This document shows, one piece after another, positions 1 to 13,171 of a DNA stretch of 64,000 bases. Each line of letters opens with the position of its first letter. The first letter of the stretch is position 1. Source of the DNA: Octopus vulgaris (Eukaryota). Location of the stretch: positions 46,500,001-46,564,000 of the forward strand of contig OX597834.1 in assembly GCA_951406725.2 (NCBI GenBank), in the 5' to 3' direction. The notes below the pieces were generated by a model. It made no database searches. It had not been told where the DNA came from and was given only the letters and a program-made list of their open reading frames with translations. The translations under genes and the position numbers were made by a program.

Positions 1-239
1 AGCTGAGGAAGGAAGCTGAGAACCTCTGTGTATCACATATCCGATATCCGGATAGCACTCTCTATACTGACCTCTTGTTGGCACAAACTTTTATGCCATA
101 ATGCGTGCGTGTGTCTGTGTGTATGTGTGAGGCCAAAGTTTATGCTTCAAACTTTGGGCGGCATATAAATCTAAAACAACTACCGTAGGACTAACAACAA
201 TAATAAAATAAAGATACTATTAATAATAACAATAATAGC

Positions 240-675
240 AATATTTGGCGTGAAAGATGAACTACGGCAAATATTGTGCTCAATATCGTAGATTTGCCTG
301 TCCGTTGCTTGACCTTAACCAGTTGAGCATGTCCTTTAGTGGCTGACGATATGTGCATCAGTGATCACGAGTAGGAGTAGTGGGGGAGCGTCATAGCCAT
401 GTGTTGAGAGGGATTCTTTGGGGTTTGAATAATTCACCACTGGAAATAGGGATACTTCTTCCATCATCCTTAAACTGCCCTTATACAAGGACCTTTTGAG
501 TGGGACGGGTTACTGAACCTGAAAATATTTTAACTGCTCCCACCCCAGATCTGCAAGGCCATGCGCTGTTTATCTTGATATGGGGTCACCACATCACGCA
601 CATATGGCTGTGATGCATGTGCCAGGTGTACCCTAATCAGAAGGGTGGTCATGATGGGTATATTTGTACCCCAGC
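240..675 (+). repeat. Unclassified interspersed repeat, flanked by (AAT)n/(GAT)n
   Basis: Aligns by eye to the reverse complement of about 44190-44610 (e.g. GACCTTAACCAGTTGA, TTAGTGGCTGACGATATGTGCATC, CATAGCCATGTGTTGAGAGGGATT). Confidence 0.75.
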
Positions 676-869
676 GTAATGATGATGATGATGATGATGA
701 TTTATTTTATTTACTAAAGGGGAATAATGATAAATCCCGACCAAACTCTTTTATATTCAACAAGGACTATAACTTCAGCAACAGCAACAGTAGCAGCAGA
801 AGTGGTCTAACAAGCAAGTGCAGCAGAAACAGCAGCAGCAGCAGCGACTGTTGAGAACAAACCAATTAC

Positions 870-2030
870 CGCAGTAGTAGTCTGAGGAAAGAACTAACGG
901 GATGATGATGAAGAGCAGAGGAAGTGAGGAGGACGAAAAGGAAAGGAGAAAGTTTAATGATCGTCAGGGCTGAAGAGGCAGATTTAAAGGCTGAGGTATG
1001 AATATGCCAGAGGTGTTGCTATTGTTATTGCTATCGCTTGTGGTAGCGGTGGTGGTGGTGGTGGTGGTGGTGGTGGTATCGTCGTTGTTGTTTTGCCCTC
1101 AAGTCAATCTATGATATGGGTGTTAGATTTCCTAAAATATATATAAGTTAAATTTCTCGCAAAATCGCAGCCCCTCGTCTTGCAAAAGCAACATCAGTTT
1201 GGGCCAGCGCAAGACATGGGCATGCTCGGCAGTTGGCCGGAGACCCCAAGAGCCCAAGTACCCAATTTTAATTTAAGTACTTTGTGGCTTGCTCTCAATA
1301 AAAAAAAAATACTATAGGGTTCAGATCCCTGACTTACCCGGGTTCTTATAAGCTGATGTTGCTTTTGCAAGACGAGGGGCTGCGATTTTGCGAGAAATTT
1401 AGCTAATATTCTGTTGTGTCTGGGGAGAGTCATTTTCTTTTTGTGTGCCTTATAATGTAACACACTCACCGGTACAATTTCCCCTTATTTCATATTTTTA
1501 TTTTCCTAAAATTTTCATTGCGTCTTGCAACATTTTCAATAGTTTTGACTCTGGAAATGATAAAGGTTGCAGGACGCAATGAAAATTTCAGGAAAATAAA
1601 AATAAGAAATAAGGGGAAATTTTACCGGTGAGTGTGTTACATTATAAGGCACAAAAAGAAGATGACTCTCCCCAAACACAACAGAATATGCTTCAACACA
1701 CGAACTCATATAAAGAATCTTGCAAACCAAATCCAAAAACGAAATTTAGCTTATATATGTTTTAGGAATTCTAACACCCATATCATAGATTGACCTGAGG
1801 GCAAAACAACAACACCAACAATGAAGACGACACCACCACCACCAACAACAACAACAGCAACAACAAATATGGAAGCAACAACAATAGCAACATCTCTGGC
1901 ATATTCATACCTCAGCCTTTAAATCTGCCTCTTCAGCCCTGACAATCATTAAACTTTCTCCTTTCCTCTTTGTCTTCCTCCTTCCTCTCCTCTTCATCAT
2001 CATCCCATTAGCCCTTCCTCAAACTACTAC
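870..2030. repeat. Nested inverted-repeat structure (outer arms about 870-1156/1741-2030; inner hairpins 1148-1197/1352-1404 and 1406-1535/1563-1689)
   Basis: Reverse-complement matches, e.g. TCAGGGCTGAAGAGGCAGATTTAAAGGCTGAGGTATGAATATGCCAGAG versus CTCTGGCATATTCATACCTCAGCCTTTAAATCTGCCTCTTCAGCCCTGA. Confidence 0.9.
1406..1742. mobile_element. Penelope-like terminal-repeat fragment in fold-back form (family F)
   Basis: Similar to 63240-63600 and 40555-40630; hammerhead-like core at 1506-1542 (-). Confidence 0.55.
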
Positions 2031-2141
2031 TCTCTATTAATGCTTCTAAGACGGCCCTGCATATCAGGATGATGTATTCCTAGATAAACTGTCTAATAAA
2101 AATAGTATTATTACAGGTAAATCGCTTTTGGTCATATACTT

Positions 2142-2213
<72 letters not shown>

Positions 2214-2695
2214 TCTTTCACTCTCACAAGGCTGAGCTGAATTTAAGCAACAACAACAATAATAAGATCATTGACTGCTGTTCTCGATAGTAACTTAAAT
2301 TTGTTAAAAACGTCCACAATAACAACAGCAACCTTTAATTATAATTCCCAATTTAGGCGCGACCCAGCAGGGAGAAGTACAATCACTGACCCTAGCAGTG
2401 GACTGTTACTTTATTTTGTCAATCATGAATAGCAGAGTCGATGGTGGCGAGATTTGAACTCAGAATCTAATAAATAGGAATATATTCAGTCAAATATTTA
2501 TTTTTCGGCGATCTAACGACTGCGCCAGCCCCCAGCCCTTTAACTACAAATTTAGGTGCTGACCCCAGTACTTGACTGGTACTTTTTCGTTTATTGATTC
2601 CAAAAGGATGTAAAAACAAAGCTGACTTCAGTGGGATTTGAACTGGAAACGGGAAGAGCCAGCATTGCAGCATTTCTTCTGATGTTCTAACGATT

Positions 2696-2931
2696 CTTAT
2701 TTCTTTATTGCCCACAAGGGGCTAAACATAGAGGGGACAAACAAGGACAGACAAACTGATTAAGTCGATTATATCGACACCAGTATGTAACTGGTACTTA
2801 TTTAATCGACCCCGAAAGGATGAAACGCAAAGTCCACTTCGGCGGAATTTGAACTCAGAACATAACGGCAGACGAAATACTGCTAAAGCATTTCGCCCGG
2901 CGTGCTAACGATTCTGCCAGCTCGCCGCCTT
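2696..2931 (-). mobile_element. tRNA-derived SINE family C, full length, inserted in an older family C copy (about 2560-2965)
   Basis: Head GGCGGCGAGCTGGCAGAATCGTTAG, box B GAGTTCAAATTCC, central TTTCATCCTTTCGGGGTCGAT, tail AATAAAGAAATAAG; 18-bp imperfect TSD at about 2680-2697/2932-2949. Confidence 0.85.
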
Positions 2932-3019
2932 TGGTGTTCTAATGATTCTGCCACTTCGCTACACTTAGGTGTCTGAATTTATGTATATGAATGTGAAATA
3001 TATGTGTGTATCTTTCTGT

Positions 3020-3174
3020 TTGTTTACGTCTATGTAAATTAGCAGTTCAGCAAAAATAATCGATAGAATAAGCACTAGGCATTCAAAAAAAGTGAGTATT
3101 GGCGATTGATTTTGTTGGACTAAAACCTTTCAAAGCAGTGCTCCAGTATAGCCGCAGTTCAATGACTGAAACAA
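3020..3174 (+). mobile_element. SINE family A, 3' half
   Basis: GATAGAATAAGCACTAGGC...GCAGTGCTCCAGTATAGCCGCAGTTCAATGACTGAAAC matches the family A tail. Confidence 0.65.
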
Positions 3175-3530
3175 CCTCCCACACACACACACACACACAC
3201 ACCACACACCACTTCTTCCAGGAGGTTGCAAACCGGTGCTATATCATTATGGTCAATAACGCCCCAGACGTTTGACCAGTGGTCGAAGAAGTAGGTCATA
3301 GTGACCTTCTCATAATGGCTACTCGTTAATTAGTATGAATAATAAGATGATAATGCCTAGCTCATTAGCAAAACTTATTAGTCTATAAACAAACGCTATT
3401 AATGATTTCACTGTGTGATGTCATTTGGTTTTCTTACAGAACACATGGTTGTCTTCTGATATATATATACCGGCTGTTGACATATATGCGAGAATCGTGG
3501 GGAGGAAGGGCGCGAAGGTATATGTCTAGG

Positions 3531-3564
<34 letters not shown>

Positions 3565-3614
3565 CACTCGTTTCAGTCATTTGACTGTAGCCATGCTGGA
3601 ATATACATATGTAT

Positions 3615-3647
<33 letters not shown>

Positions 3648-3651
3648 TACA

Positions 3652-3700
<49 letters not shown>

Positions 3701-3889
3701 ACATGCGCGCGCACGTGCATTCACACACGCACGTACGCATATAATGATTTCCAGCGATCTGTTTTGTTGTTAAGCTGGACGTGCTTGAGTGACGGGTTTC
3801 GATTTCTTTATGACTATAGAAATAAACACACACACGCACACACGTGTAACTCTTCATATATATGTATACACATCTATCTGTCTAGCTAG

Positions 3890-4191
<302 letters not shown>

Positions 4192-4939
4192 GGTGTGTTG
4201 CGTGTGTATGTGAATGTGTGTTTATAGATATATAAACATAGATGCTTGCATGTGTGAGTGGTAACACACACACACTTAGCAAAGGGCCGACAAGTTAATG
4301 CGGAGTGTGGGAGCGGGTGCGAGTGGATGGTTGGGTGACTGCTTGCTGACACACGAAGGGAAGACGTGTCAATATTCACACACAATACACACACACACAC
4401 ACAAACACACAAACACACCTTTACATATACACTCACACACACACATATCCACACACAAGTCTATATACAGATATATACACAACCTCTCACACAATAGTTT
4501 ACTGCTTATAATTAGTCGCACATGTATGCCCCCCCCCTCTCTAGATCGCTTTATTCCTCTATTGACTGACTTGTGTATATAAGTGCTTCTATCTGTTTGC
4601 CTGCATTTCTGTCAGTCCTCTCTCTCTCTCTCGCTTACTCTCTTTCTCTCTCTCTCTGTCTCTCGCATCGATCCCTCGCGAGTAAAAAGCTTTACGAATA
4701 GTTGTGTAGCATCATTCGGTGCAAATGCGTCGCGTCAGGTGACTTGTCAAAAGGCACCTCATTTTTGGCCGAAACAATCGTAATGATTAATAAAGAAACT
4801 CGGGATTTTTATTTTCTTTCTCTGTATCTCATGTTATAAACTCTTCTGACACATACTGTTGGTGTCGTCAGGTAGCCGAATACAGTGAATCGGCTTTAAA
4901 CGACATACTACAAGGTGTATACCCAAATTTATAATTATA

Positions 4940-5121
4940 TGTTGGCGATTTTCTTTCTCCGTCTTCCCTTCTTTCAACCTTTCCGTTTTCTATGTTTCTG
5001 ACGAAGAGCTCCGCTCGAAACGTTAAATCCTTCTTTCTTTCCTTTCCTGAGCGTCCAATAACACTATACTTGTTCCACATCCTCGTGTTGTGTTTTCTCT
5101 TTGTTCATGTTTGGATTACCT
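4940..5121 (+). mobile_element. Penelope-like 3' terminal fragment (family C) ending in (TA)n
   Basis: Second copy at about 31700-31895; contains a minimal hammerhead motif. Confidence 0.65.
4994..5028 (+). ncRNA. Minimal type I hammerhead ribozyme motif
   Basis: GTTT-CTGACGA-A-GAGC(TCC)GCTC-GAAA-CG-TT-AAAT: intact core boxes, 4-bp stem II, palindromic ACGT stem III, 4-bp stem I including one G-U. Confidence 0.65.
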
Positions 5122-5294
5122 ATATATATATATATATATATATGAAAACGCACACATATACACAAATATATGCACATATATGTATTTATACACAAGTTGT
5201 ATACGTGTGTATGAATATCCATGCCCATATGTCTCGTTGTCCATTCATTGTGAGAGAACATCTACAGAGTGTGTTTATATTCATTGTGTATTTA

Positions 5295-6559
5295 CTGGGT
5301 TGTCCGGAAAGTTCGTGCCGATTTTTAAAGGAAAGAAACAGGTCAATATATACTTGCCATTACATTTTTAATCAACCAAATATGAACCATTTTGTTGCAC
5401 GATGCGTCTCCATCTTTCCTTTAACTTGAAAATACCCACTTCCCAGAATTGAGGTGGTTTCGTGGCAAAGAATTCATCAAGGTATTTTTTTTACGTCGTC
5501 CAAGGAATTGAAATTTTTGCCAATTAAGACTATTCTGCAGAGACCTGAATAAGTGGAAATCCGAAGGAGCAATATCTGGTGAATATGGAGGGTTGAGTAA
5601 CACATCCCAGCCGAGCTGCAGCAATTTTTGACTTGTTGCATTATCATGTTGGAAAACAACACCCTTCCTGTCGGCCAATTCTGGACGTTTCTCTTGAATT
5701 GCTGCTTTTAACTCGTCCAGTTGTGTGCAGTATTTCTCAGAATTAATTACCTGGTTACTTGGGAGAAGTTCATAGTATAGAATTCCTTTCCAATCCCATC
5801 AGCCACAAAGCAATACTTTTTTAGAGTGAAAACCCGCTTTTGGGGTGACTAAGGGTGGCTCATGTCGCTTACTCCAGGATCGCTTTCTCTGAACATTTCG
5901 GTAGATAATCCATTTCTTATCACCTGTCGCAATTTGCTTTAAAAAAGGCACGTTTTCATTCCGTTTATAAAGCAAGTCACAGGTGGAAATGCGATCCAAA
6001 AGGTTCATCTCACTCAACTCATGTGGTACCCAAACATCATAGCGATTTGTGTACCCAAGCTTTACCAGGTGCTCATGAACGACGGATTTTGATAGGTTGA
6101 GGCTTTCTACCAATTCTCCGGTTGTGCAATGTGGGTTATTCTCAATTAATGACTTGATTTGATCATCAACTGTAGTGGATGGTCTGCCTGATCGCTCTTT
6201 ATCAATAAGGCTACAATCTCCAGCTCGGAACCTTGCAAACCACTTCCGTACAGTTCTTTCGGATAAAGAAACATCACCGTAAGCTGCGCATATTTCTTTG
6301 GTTGCTTGTGAGGCATTTTTCCCTTTACGGAAAAAGAAAAGCATCAAGTGCCGAAAATGAACTTTCTTATCTTCCATTTTAAAGGGTTACAGAATTAACA
6401 CAGGTTACAGGGACATAAACCTTCTTCCACGAAAAGATAGCTTAAACTGTACTCTAAATGGAGGTGTAGTCTAATCCTATTTTATGAACTCAACCATGTT
6501 CTAAAATAAGTCGAAAGGTAAGCTACTATAAATCGGCACGAACTTACCGGGCAATCCAA
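5295..6559 (-). mobile_element. Near-full-length mariner (DD34D) DNA transposon, inactive
   Basis: 30-bp TIRs (CTGGGTTGTCCGGAAAGTTCGTGCCGATTT and AAATCGGCACGAACTTACCGGGCAATCCAA), TA on both sides, about 1.27 kb. Confidence 0.95.
5360..6377 (-). pseudogene. Mariner transposase pseudogene
   Basis: HTH N-terminus, WVPHEL, TGD, HDNA and YSPDIAPSD motifs; in-frame stop at about 5799 and downstream indels. Confidence 0.92.
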
Positions 6560-7289
6560 TACTAACTAGACAGACTTGGTACATAGATATTGAAAGAGTA
6601 TATGATAATTGGAGAGACTCAGCATGTAAGTGTCAACAACGTATATAAATACACACCTACTCCAAGCACTTAAGTTCCTTTGAGAATGTGTCATTTCTGC
6701 AAGTGTCGTTTATGAGGAGAGACCGTGCCCCGACGCGACGCCTTGCAGCGAAGAACCGTTTTCACGCCCGGATGTGTAGAAATATAACAGAAATGGATAC
6801 ACACATTAATGTAGCATAACATGGTCTTACCTTCACCATACGACGCTTCTCCCTTCTTTCTGAGGTCTTAGCTTCCCTCTTATGTAAAAATAAAAACCCT
6901 TTGAAGCAATATTTGGTAGTATGTTGACCAATATATTATGGGTCACATTGCTCCCTCATCTTCAGCCCCTGCAACAGTATTGCAGAGGCAATCTGCAAGG
7001 AAAACGTGCAAGAAGTTATAAGCGATGGGCTTATATTTTACTCAGAATACAAATATAAAACACAGATATGAAATAAACATGTGCAGCACACATATACGAA
7101 ACGAATGAGAAAAAGGAATATGGAAGACAGACGTGCAACAGGAATAGGCAAAACATTAAAAATACGCATGCGCAACATAGAAATTTAACACATGTGCAAC
7201 ACAGAAATAAAAACTTTTATGTGCAAATTTGTTATTAGTGATGGAAGTAGAATTAGTTACAATCTTTATCAATAACTACACTCATTAGA

Positions 7290-7706
<417 letters not shown>

Positions 7707-7942
7707 CCTGTATATATATATATATATATATATACATGTTGCACCTAGCTGTTTAAATATATATATATATATTTAAACAGCTAGGCGCAACATAAGACCC
7801 TGAAGGAAAAATTTTCTCGTCACTAATTCTGACTGAGGGTGCCGAAGCACCTACGTGTATATCACACACACACACGCACGCACGCACGCACGCACGCACA
7901 CACATACACACACATACATACATACATACATACATACATACA

Positions 7943-8035
<93 letters not shown>

Positions 8036-8037
<2 letters not shown>

Positions 8038-8760
8038 CCAAGCACTGATCCTCATTGAAATACTGTACAATCCACGACTGGCAGTTTGCTGAACAGAGTG
8101 GATTACCAGCTCTTGTGCGAACCGCAGCTGCAACTCGATATGAAAAGACTCTTCAGGCAATCGGCCAAGATACTCAGCATATTAGAGAACAGTGTGAATT
8201 ATTTACGTAGTTTCGAATAAAATGGAAGACTATACTATCTGAACCAGATGTTCTGGTTCAGATCGTATAGTCTTCCTTGATGTTTCTGTTAAAGCAGCGA
8301 AACTGCTTTGACTAATTTAAGTTGGACAAAATGTTCATTTACTCAAACAGATTATTATTGCAATGGTCTTATCCTATTTTCTCATTACTTATTCTGCTTT
8401 TAAACTGAAGCCCTACATAAGATGACCATGCTCTGTTGCTGTGTGTAACACTAGCAAAGGATTTGGACAGGCAGATACTAGCAATACTAGCAAAGTATTA
8501 CTCGTGTGTAATACTAGCAAAGGATTTGGACATGTCTCACGGAATTGCATTTAAGGTTCCTTTTCAAGATGTGCACGGTAACCCCAAGAGAATGAAAGAA
8601 ATTACAGTTTTGCTCTCTGGTCATTTAGGAAAACTCTGCTAGTCGTTCTTAAGGGTAATCTACTTTGCACTTTAAGATCATACTTCTAAGAATTCTATAT
8701 TTAAAGACGTCGGGAAAAAACCATCTTTTTGCCAACATGAAAACACGAAGGTAACCCGTA
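8036..8760 (-). pseudogene. Possible very decayed CR1/Jockey-type LINE reverse transcriptase fragment
   Basis: Minus strand reads ...VFQ*GSVLG near 8040-8065, resembling PQGSVLGP, with weaker upstream resemblances; many stops. Confidence 0.3.
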
Positions 8761-9817
8761 ATAGACATATCCCAGTAATCCAGTTAGAAAAAAGGGGTTT
8801 CTTTCCTCAATCGAGAGTCGTAGCCATCATTGACGATGTCAGAATACTAAACATAAAATTTAGAAGCAACTATTGTATTGCTACAAGATTTAGGTATACG
8901 AAATCCCTACAAAGTTGCATAAAAAACTGTCAAAGGCATTTATGTCCGATGTGATCAAAGTTAGCTTTGTGTTATGCCTAAAGGAATTATTTCCATACAG
9001 TCTAACATGCTTATTCCTCATCCCATCAGTTATACTAAGCTCTTTAAGCTTACAACAACAAGATCTTTTTCTATGTCCACCAACAATGTCTACCTTTAGG
9101 GCTTAGTTGCTGCGGTTGAACTGAGAAATCTCTGCGTCTTACATGGTCAGCACTATGTTGCATGTTCAAGTGTTGAGCCAAGCATTGTCTCATCTGGCTA
9201 CCGAACTGCCTCAGAAATGTGTTCTAATCCAGAGTTTGTTGAATAAAAACACAGTTTCTGTTAGAAATGTTCCACATTCATGTATTGTATATAGATTTTA
9301 AATTACGAGGAAATCTGTAAAGTATAACATAAAGATAGCATTATCTTAAGACAAGAAATTGAAATTATCAGTAAACACAGTCTGAAATATTTCAGGCATC
9401 ATAGAAACCCCGAAAAGTGAATTCTACTTCTCAACTGCTTCAATGTTTCTTTAAAAATATATTCAAATATGGTGGCGGAATGAGGAGGAGTCAGCTGTTC
9501 GATCGCCTGAATTATCTGCTCCTGAATAAACAGATAAACTGCTGAGCATTGTATGGGAACGTATACGGTTATAACAACTTCAATACTACTGCAGCTACCA
9601 GGACCCTTTAAGCTTTATTTCTATCAGAGATCTTCGTTGCAGCACCAAACTGCATTACGCTTGAGAGAATCTCTTATTGCGTACGCAGTGTAGTGATTCA
9701 CTGCACTGCTTAAACGTCATCGTTCTGTACATCACTCTATTCTATTACGTCATAGAGTAGACTTAGTGGCCTCTACAATAACTTAGAACTCCTTCAACTC
9801 AATATTGTGCTTGTATA

Positions 9818-10030
9818 AGGAGGCGAGCTGGCAGAATCGTTAGCACGCCAGACAAAATGCTTTGCGGTATTTCGTCTGCCGTTACGTTCTGAGTTCAAAT
9901 TCCGCCGAGGTCGACTTTGCCTGTCATCCTTTCGGGGTCGATAAATTAAGTACCAGATGCTTTCTGGCGTCGATCTAATCAACTGGCCTCCTCCCCAAAA
10001 ATTTCTGGCCTTGTGCCTAGAATAGAAAAG
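9818..10030 (+). mobile_element. SINE family C
   Basis: GGCGAGCTGGCAGAATCGTTAGCACGCC...GAGTTCAAATTCCGCCGAGGTCGACTTTGCC. Confidence 0.85.
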
Positions 10031-10121
10031 AATATTGTGCGTGTATATGCGTGTATGAATAAATCAACGCTACGCAGAGAGTGGCAAGGATGTACCGTTT
10101 GAATTACATGTGCAATCTGGG

Positions 10122-10400
10122 AAGGCACGTGGCTTAGTGCTTAGGGTATTGGACTCTCGATTGTAAAGTCGTGAGTTCGATTTCTGGTGGCGCGTTTCGT
10201 GCTTCACGTTGCTCCAGTCCAGTCAGCTGACAAAAATGAGTCGTACCTCTAATAGAAAGGGCCAGCCATGTCACGTAGCTGAGAACTACGTCAAGGACAT
10301 GCACGTCTGTGGAGTTCTCAGCCACTTACACGTTAATTTCACGAGCCGATTGCTCCGTTCATCGGATCAACTGGAATATTCGTAGCAAATGACGGAGTAC
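10122..10400 (+). mobile_element. SINE family B2
   Basis: Box A/B-like head (TGGCTTAGTG, GAGTTCGATT); body similar to 54742-55052. Confidence 0.75.
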
Positions 10401-10561
10401 TAGTTTACATGTACAATCCACTGGAAGAGCTTCTATACAGTTTCCGTCTACCTAGTTTCACTAACAACCTATGGGTCGACTGGACGCGAAAGGAAATGAC
10501 ATTTGCCCAAAAGGCCACTCACTAGGAACGAGTCATTGTTCCGCAACAACAACAACAACTG

Positions 10562-10634
10562 CATTATAGAATCGCCCACCCTATTTCATTATAGAATCGC
10601 TCACCCTATTTCATTATAGAATCGCCCACCCTAT
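10562..10634. repeat. 25-bp tandem repeat, about 3 copies
   Basis: Unit CATTATAGAATCGCCCACCCTATTT. Confidence 0.9.
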
Positions 10635-11537
10635 CTCTCATTAATTATCTCTCATTAATTAGCAACATCCCCGCCTACCCCCACCATTATAACATATCAC
10701 CCCCCCCCCCCACCACTTCCAGAAATGGAAAAGTTTAGCAAAGTTTCATGCAAACTAAACCACACATACACACGCACACCCTTACACATACACACATACA
10801 CACAATCATACATATATACATTATATATGTATTTGTAAAGACATACACACACACGCACATACAAGCACATTCTCAAACACACACACACACACATACACAC
10901 ACACACACAATTTGTGAAGCGTGAGTCAAAGGCAGAGGAGGAGAAGATGGGAAAACTAACCAAAGAAAAACTAGAGCAAAAATATTAATAATGGTAATTA
11001 TGTTCGTAGTAGTAGAGCAGCAGCAGCAGCGGTCGCGGTAGTAGTAGTAGTAGTAGTAGTGGTGGCGGTGGTGGTAGTAGTAGTAGTACATGAAGAAGAT
11101 AATTATTATAATTAAAAGAACAAAGGGGGGGCGCAAAGAGGAGGGAGATGGTGGAGGACGAAGTGATGTGGGTAGAAGGAAGAGTGTGGACTTTTCGAAG
11201 TCACTACCAAATAAAGGTACATCTACGTTTTCCCGTTTCCGCCCCACCCCACCACAAATGATTATCTCACATTCCACTAATATATGAATATACACACAGA
11301 CACACACACACACACATACATACATACATACATACGTACATATGTGCGTACACAGAATTTTAGTGCAGCTGCGTACACCCACATATACACCCACACACTA
11401 ACTCAACCACATTTAAAGGCGCCGGAAACTCTATCAACTTAAAAAGCCTTGTCACTTTGTTAGCGACCAGCTTGAACTCTCTTAAGTAGAACCTAAATGC
11501 ATCACACACACACACACACACACATATATGTATGAAT

Positions 11538-11951
11538 ACTCTTTTACTCTTTTACTTGTTTCAGTCATTTGACTGTGGCCCTGCTGGAGCACCGCCTTCA
11601 TTCGTGCAAATCGACCCCAGGACTTATTCTTTGTAAGCCTAGTACTTATTCTATCGGTTTTTCTGTCGAACCACTAAGTTACGGGGACGTGAACACACCA
11701 GCATCGGTGGTCAAGCGAAGTTGGGGGACAAACACAGACACACAAACATATACTCACACGCATATATATATATATATATATATATATACGACGGGCTTCT
11801 TTCAGTTTCCGTCTACCAAATCCACTCACAAGGCTTTGGTTGGCTCGAGGCTCTAGTAGAAGACACTTGTCCAAGGTGCCACGCAATGAGACTGAACCCG
11901 GAACCATGTGATTGGTAAGCAAGCTACTTACCACACAGCCACTCCTGCGCC
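11538..11951 (-). mobile_element. tRNA-derived SINE family A, full length, with internal TA/CA microsatellite
   Basis: Head GGCGCAGGAGTGGCTGTGTGGTAAG, box B-like GGTTCAGTC, CORE-like CCTTGG(G/A)CAAGTG, tail GACTGAAACAAGTAAAAGAG; more than ten copies in the window. Confidence 0.9.
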
Positions 11952-12010
11952 TATTGTGAGACGCTTACAGCCCCTGGGTTTCCTAGGCGGTCACCCATCT
12001 ACGTACTCAC

Positions 12011-12516
<506 letters not shown>

Positions 12517-12519
<3 letters not shown>

Positions 12520-12855
12520 GACCCCCTTCGGTCATAATTGACCGTGGGATTGCGCCTAGAAAGTTACCCTCCCAGGCACAAGTCCGGGCAAGGTTGTTTT
12601 ATGGAAGACCAGCAGTTTACCCATGCATACCAGCCTCCCCTCTCCACGCCACCAGTGTTATCCAAGGGAGAGGCAAAGGGGCCGATACAGCTTGGCACCT
12701 GTGACGTTGCAACTCATTTCTACAACCGAGTGAACTGGAGCAACGTGAAATAAAGTGTCTTGCTCAAGAACACAACACGCAGCCCGGTCCGGTATTCGAA
12801 CTCACAACCTCACGATCGTAAGCTCGACGCTCGAACCACTGAGCCATGCACCTTC
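12517..12855 (-). mobile_element. SINE family B1, inverted relative to 12130-12459
   Basis: Reverse-complement match along its full length. Confidence 0.85.
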
Positions 12856-12867
12856 ACGCACACACAC

Positions 12868-12982
12868 TCAGCCGAAATTGCGAGGATGATCCAGTTCTTG
12901 ACTGAAGATTAAAGGCTTCGAATGATCCGTTCGTGTTTTTAGTCTCATCTATTTGGATGTTTTGCGTTCTTGTCCCAGTTTG

Positions 12983-12984
<2 letters not shown>
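12868..12984 (+). mobile_element. Short repeat (family D, possibly a Penelope-like 3' end) ending in (TA)n
   Basis: Similar to 19280-19476 and 25600-25848. Confidence 0.55.
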
Positions 12985-13031
<47 letters not shown>

Positions 13032-13139
13032 TATGTATATATATGTATATATATGTATATATATGTGTGTGTGTGTGTGTATGTCTATATGTATATATAT
13101 ATATATATATATACATACATACATACATACATACATACA

Positions 13140-13171
<32 letters not shown>

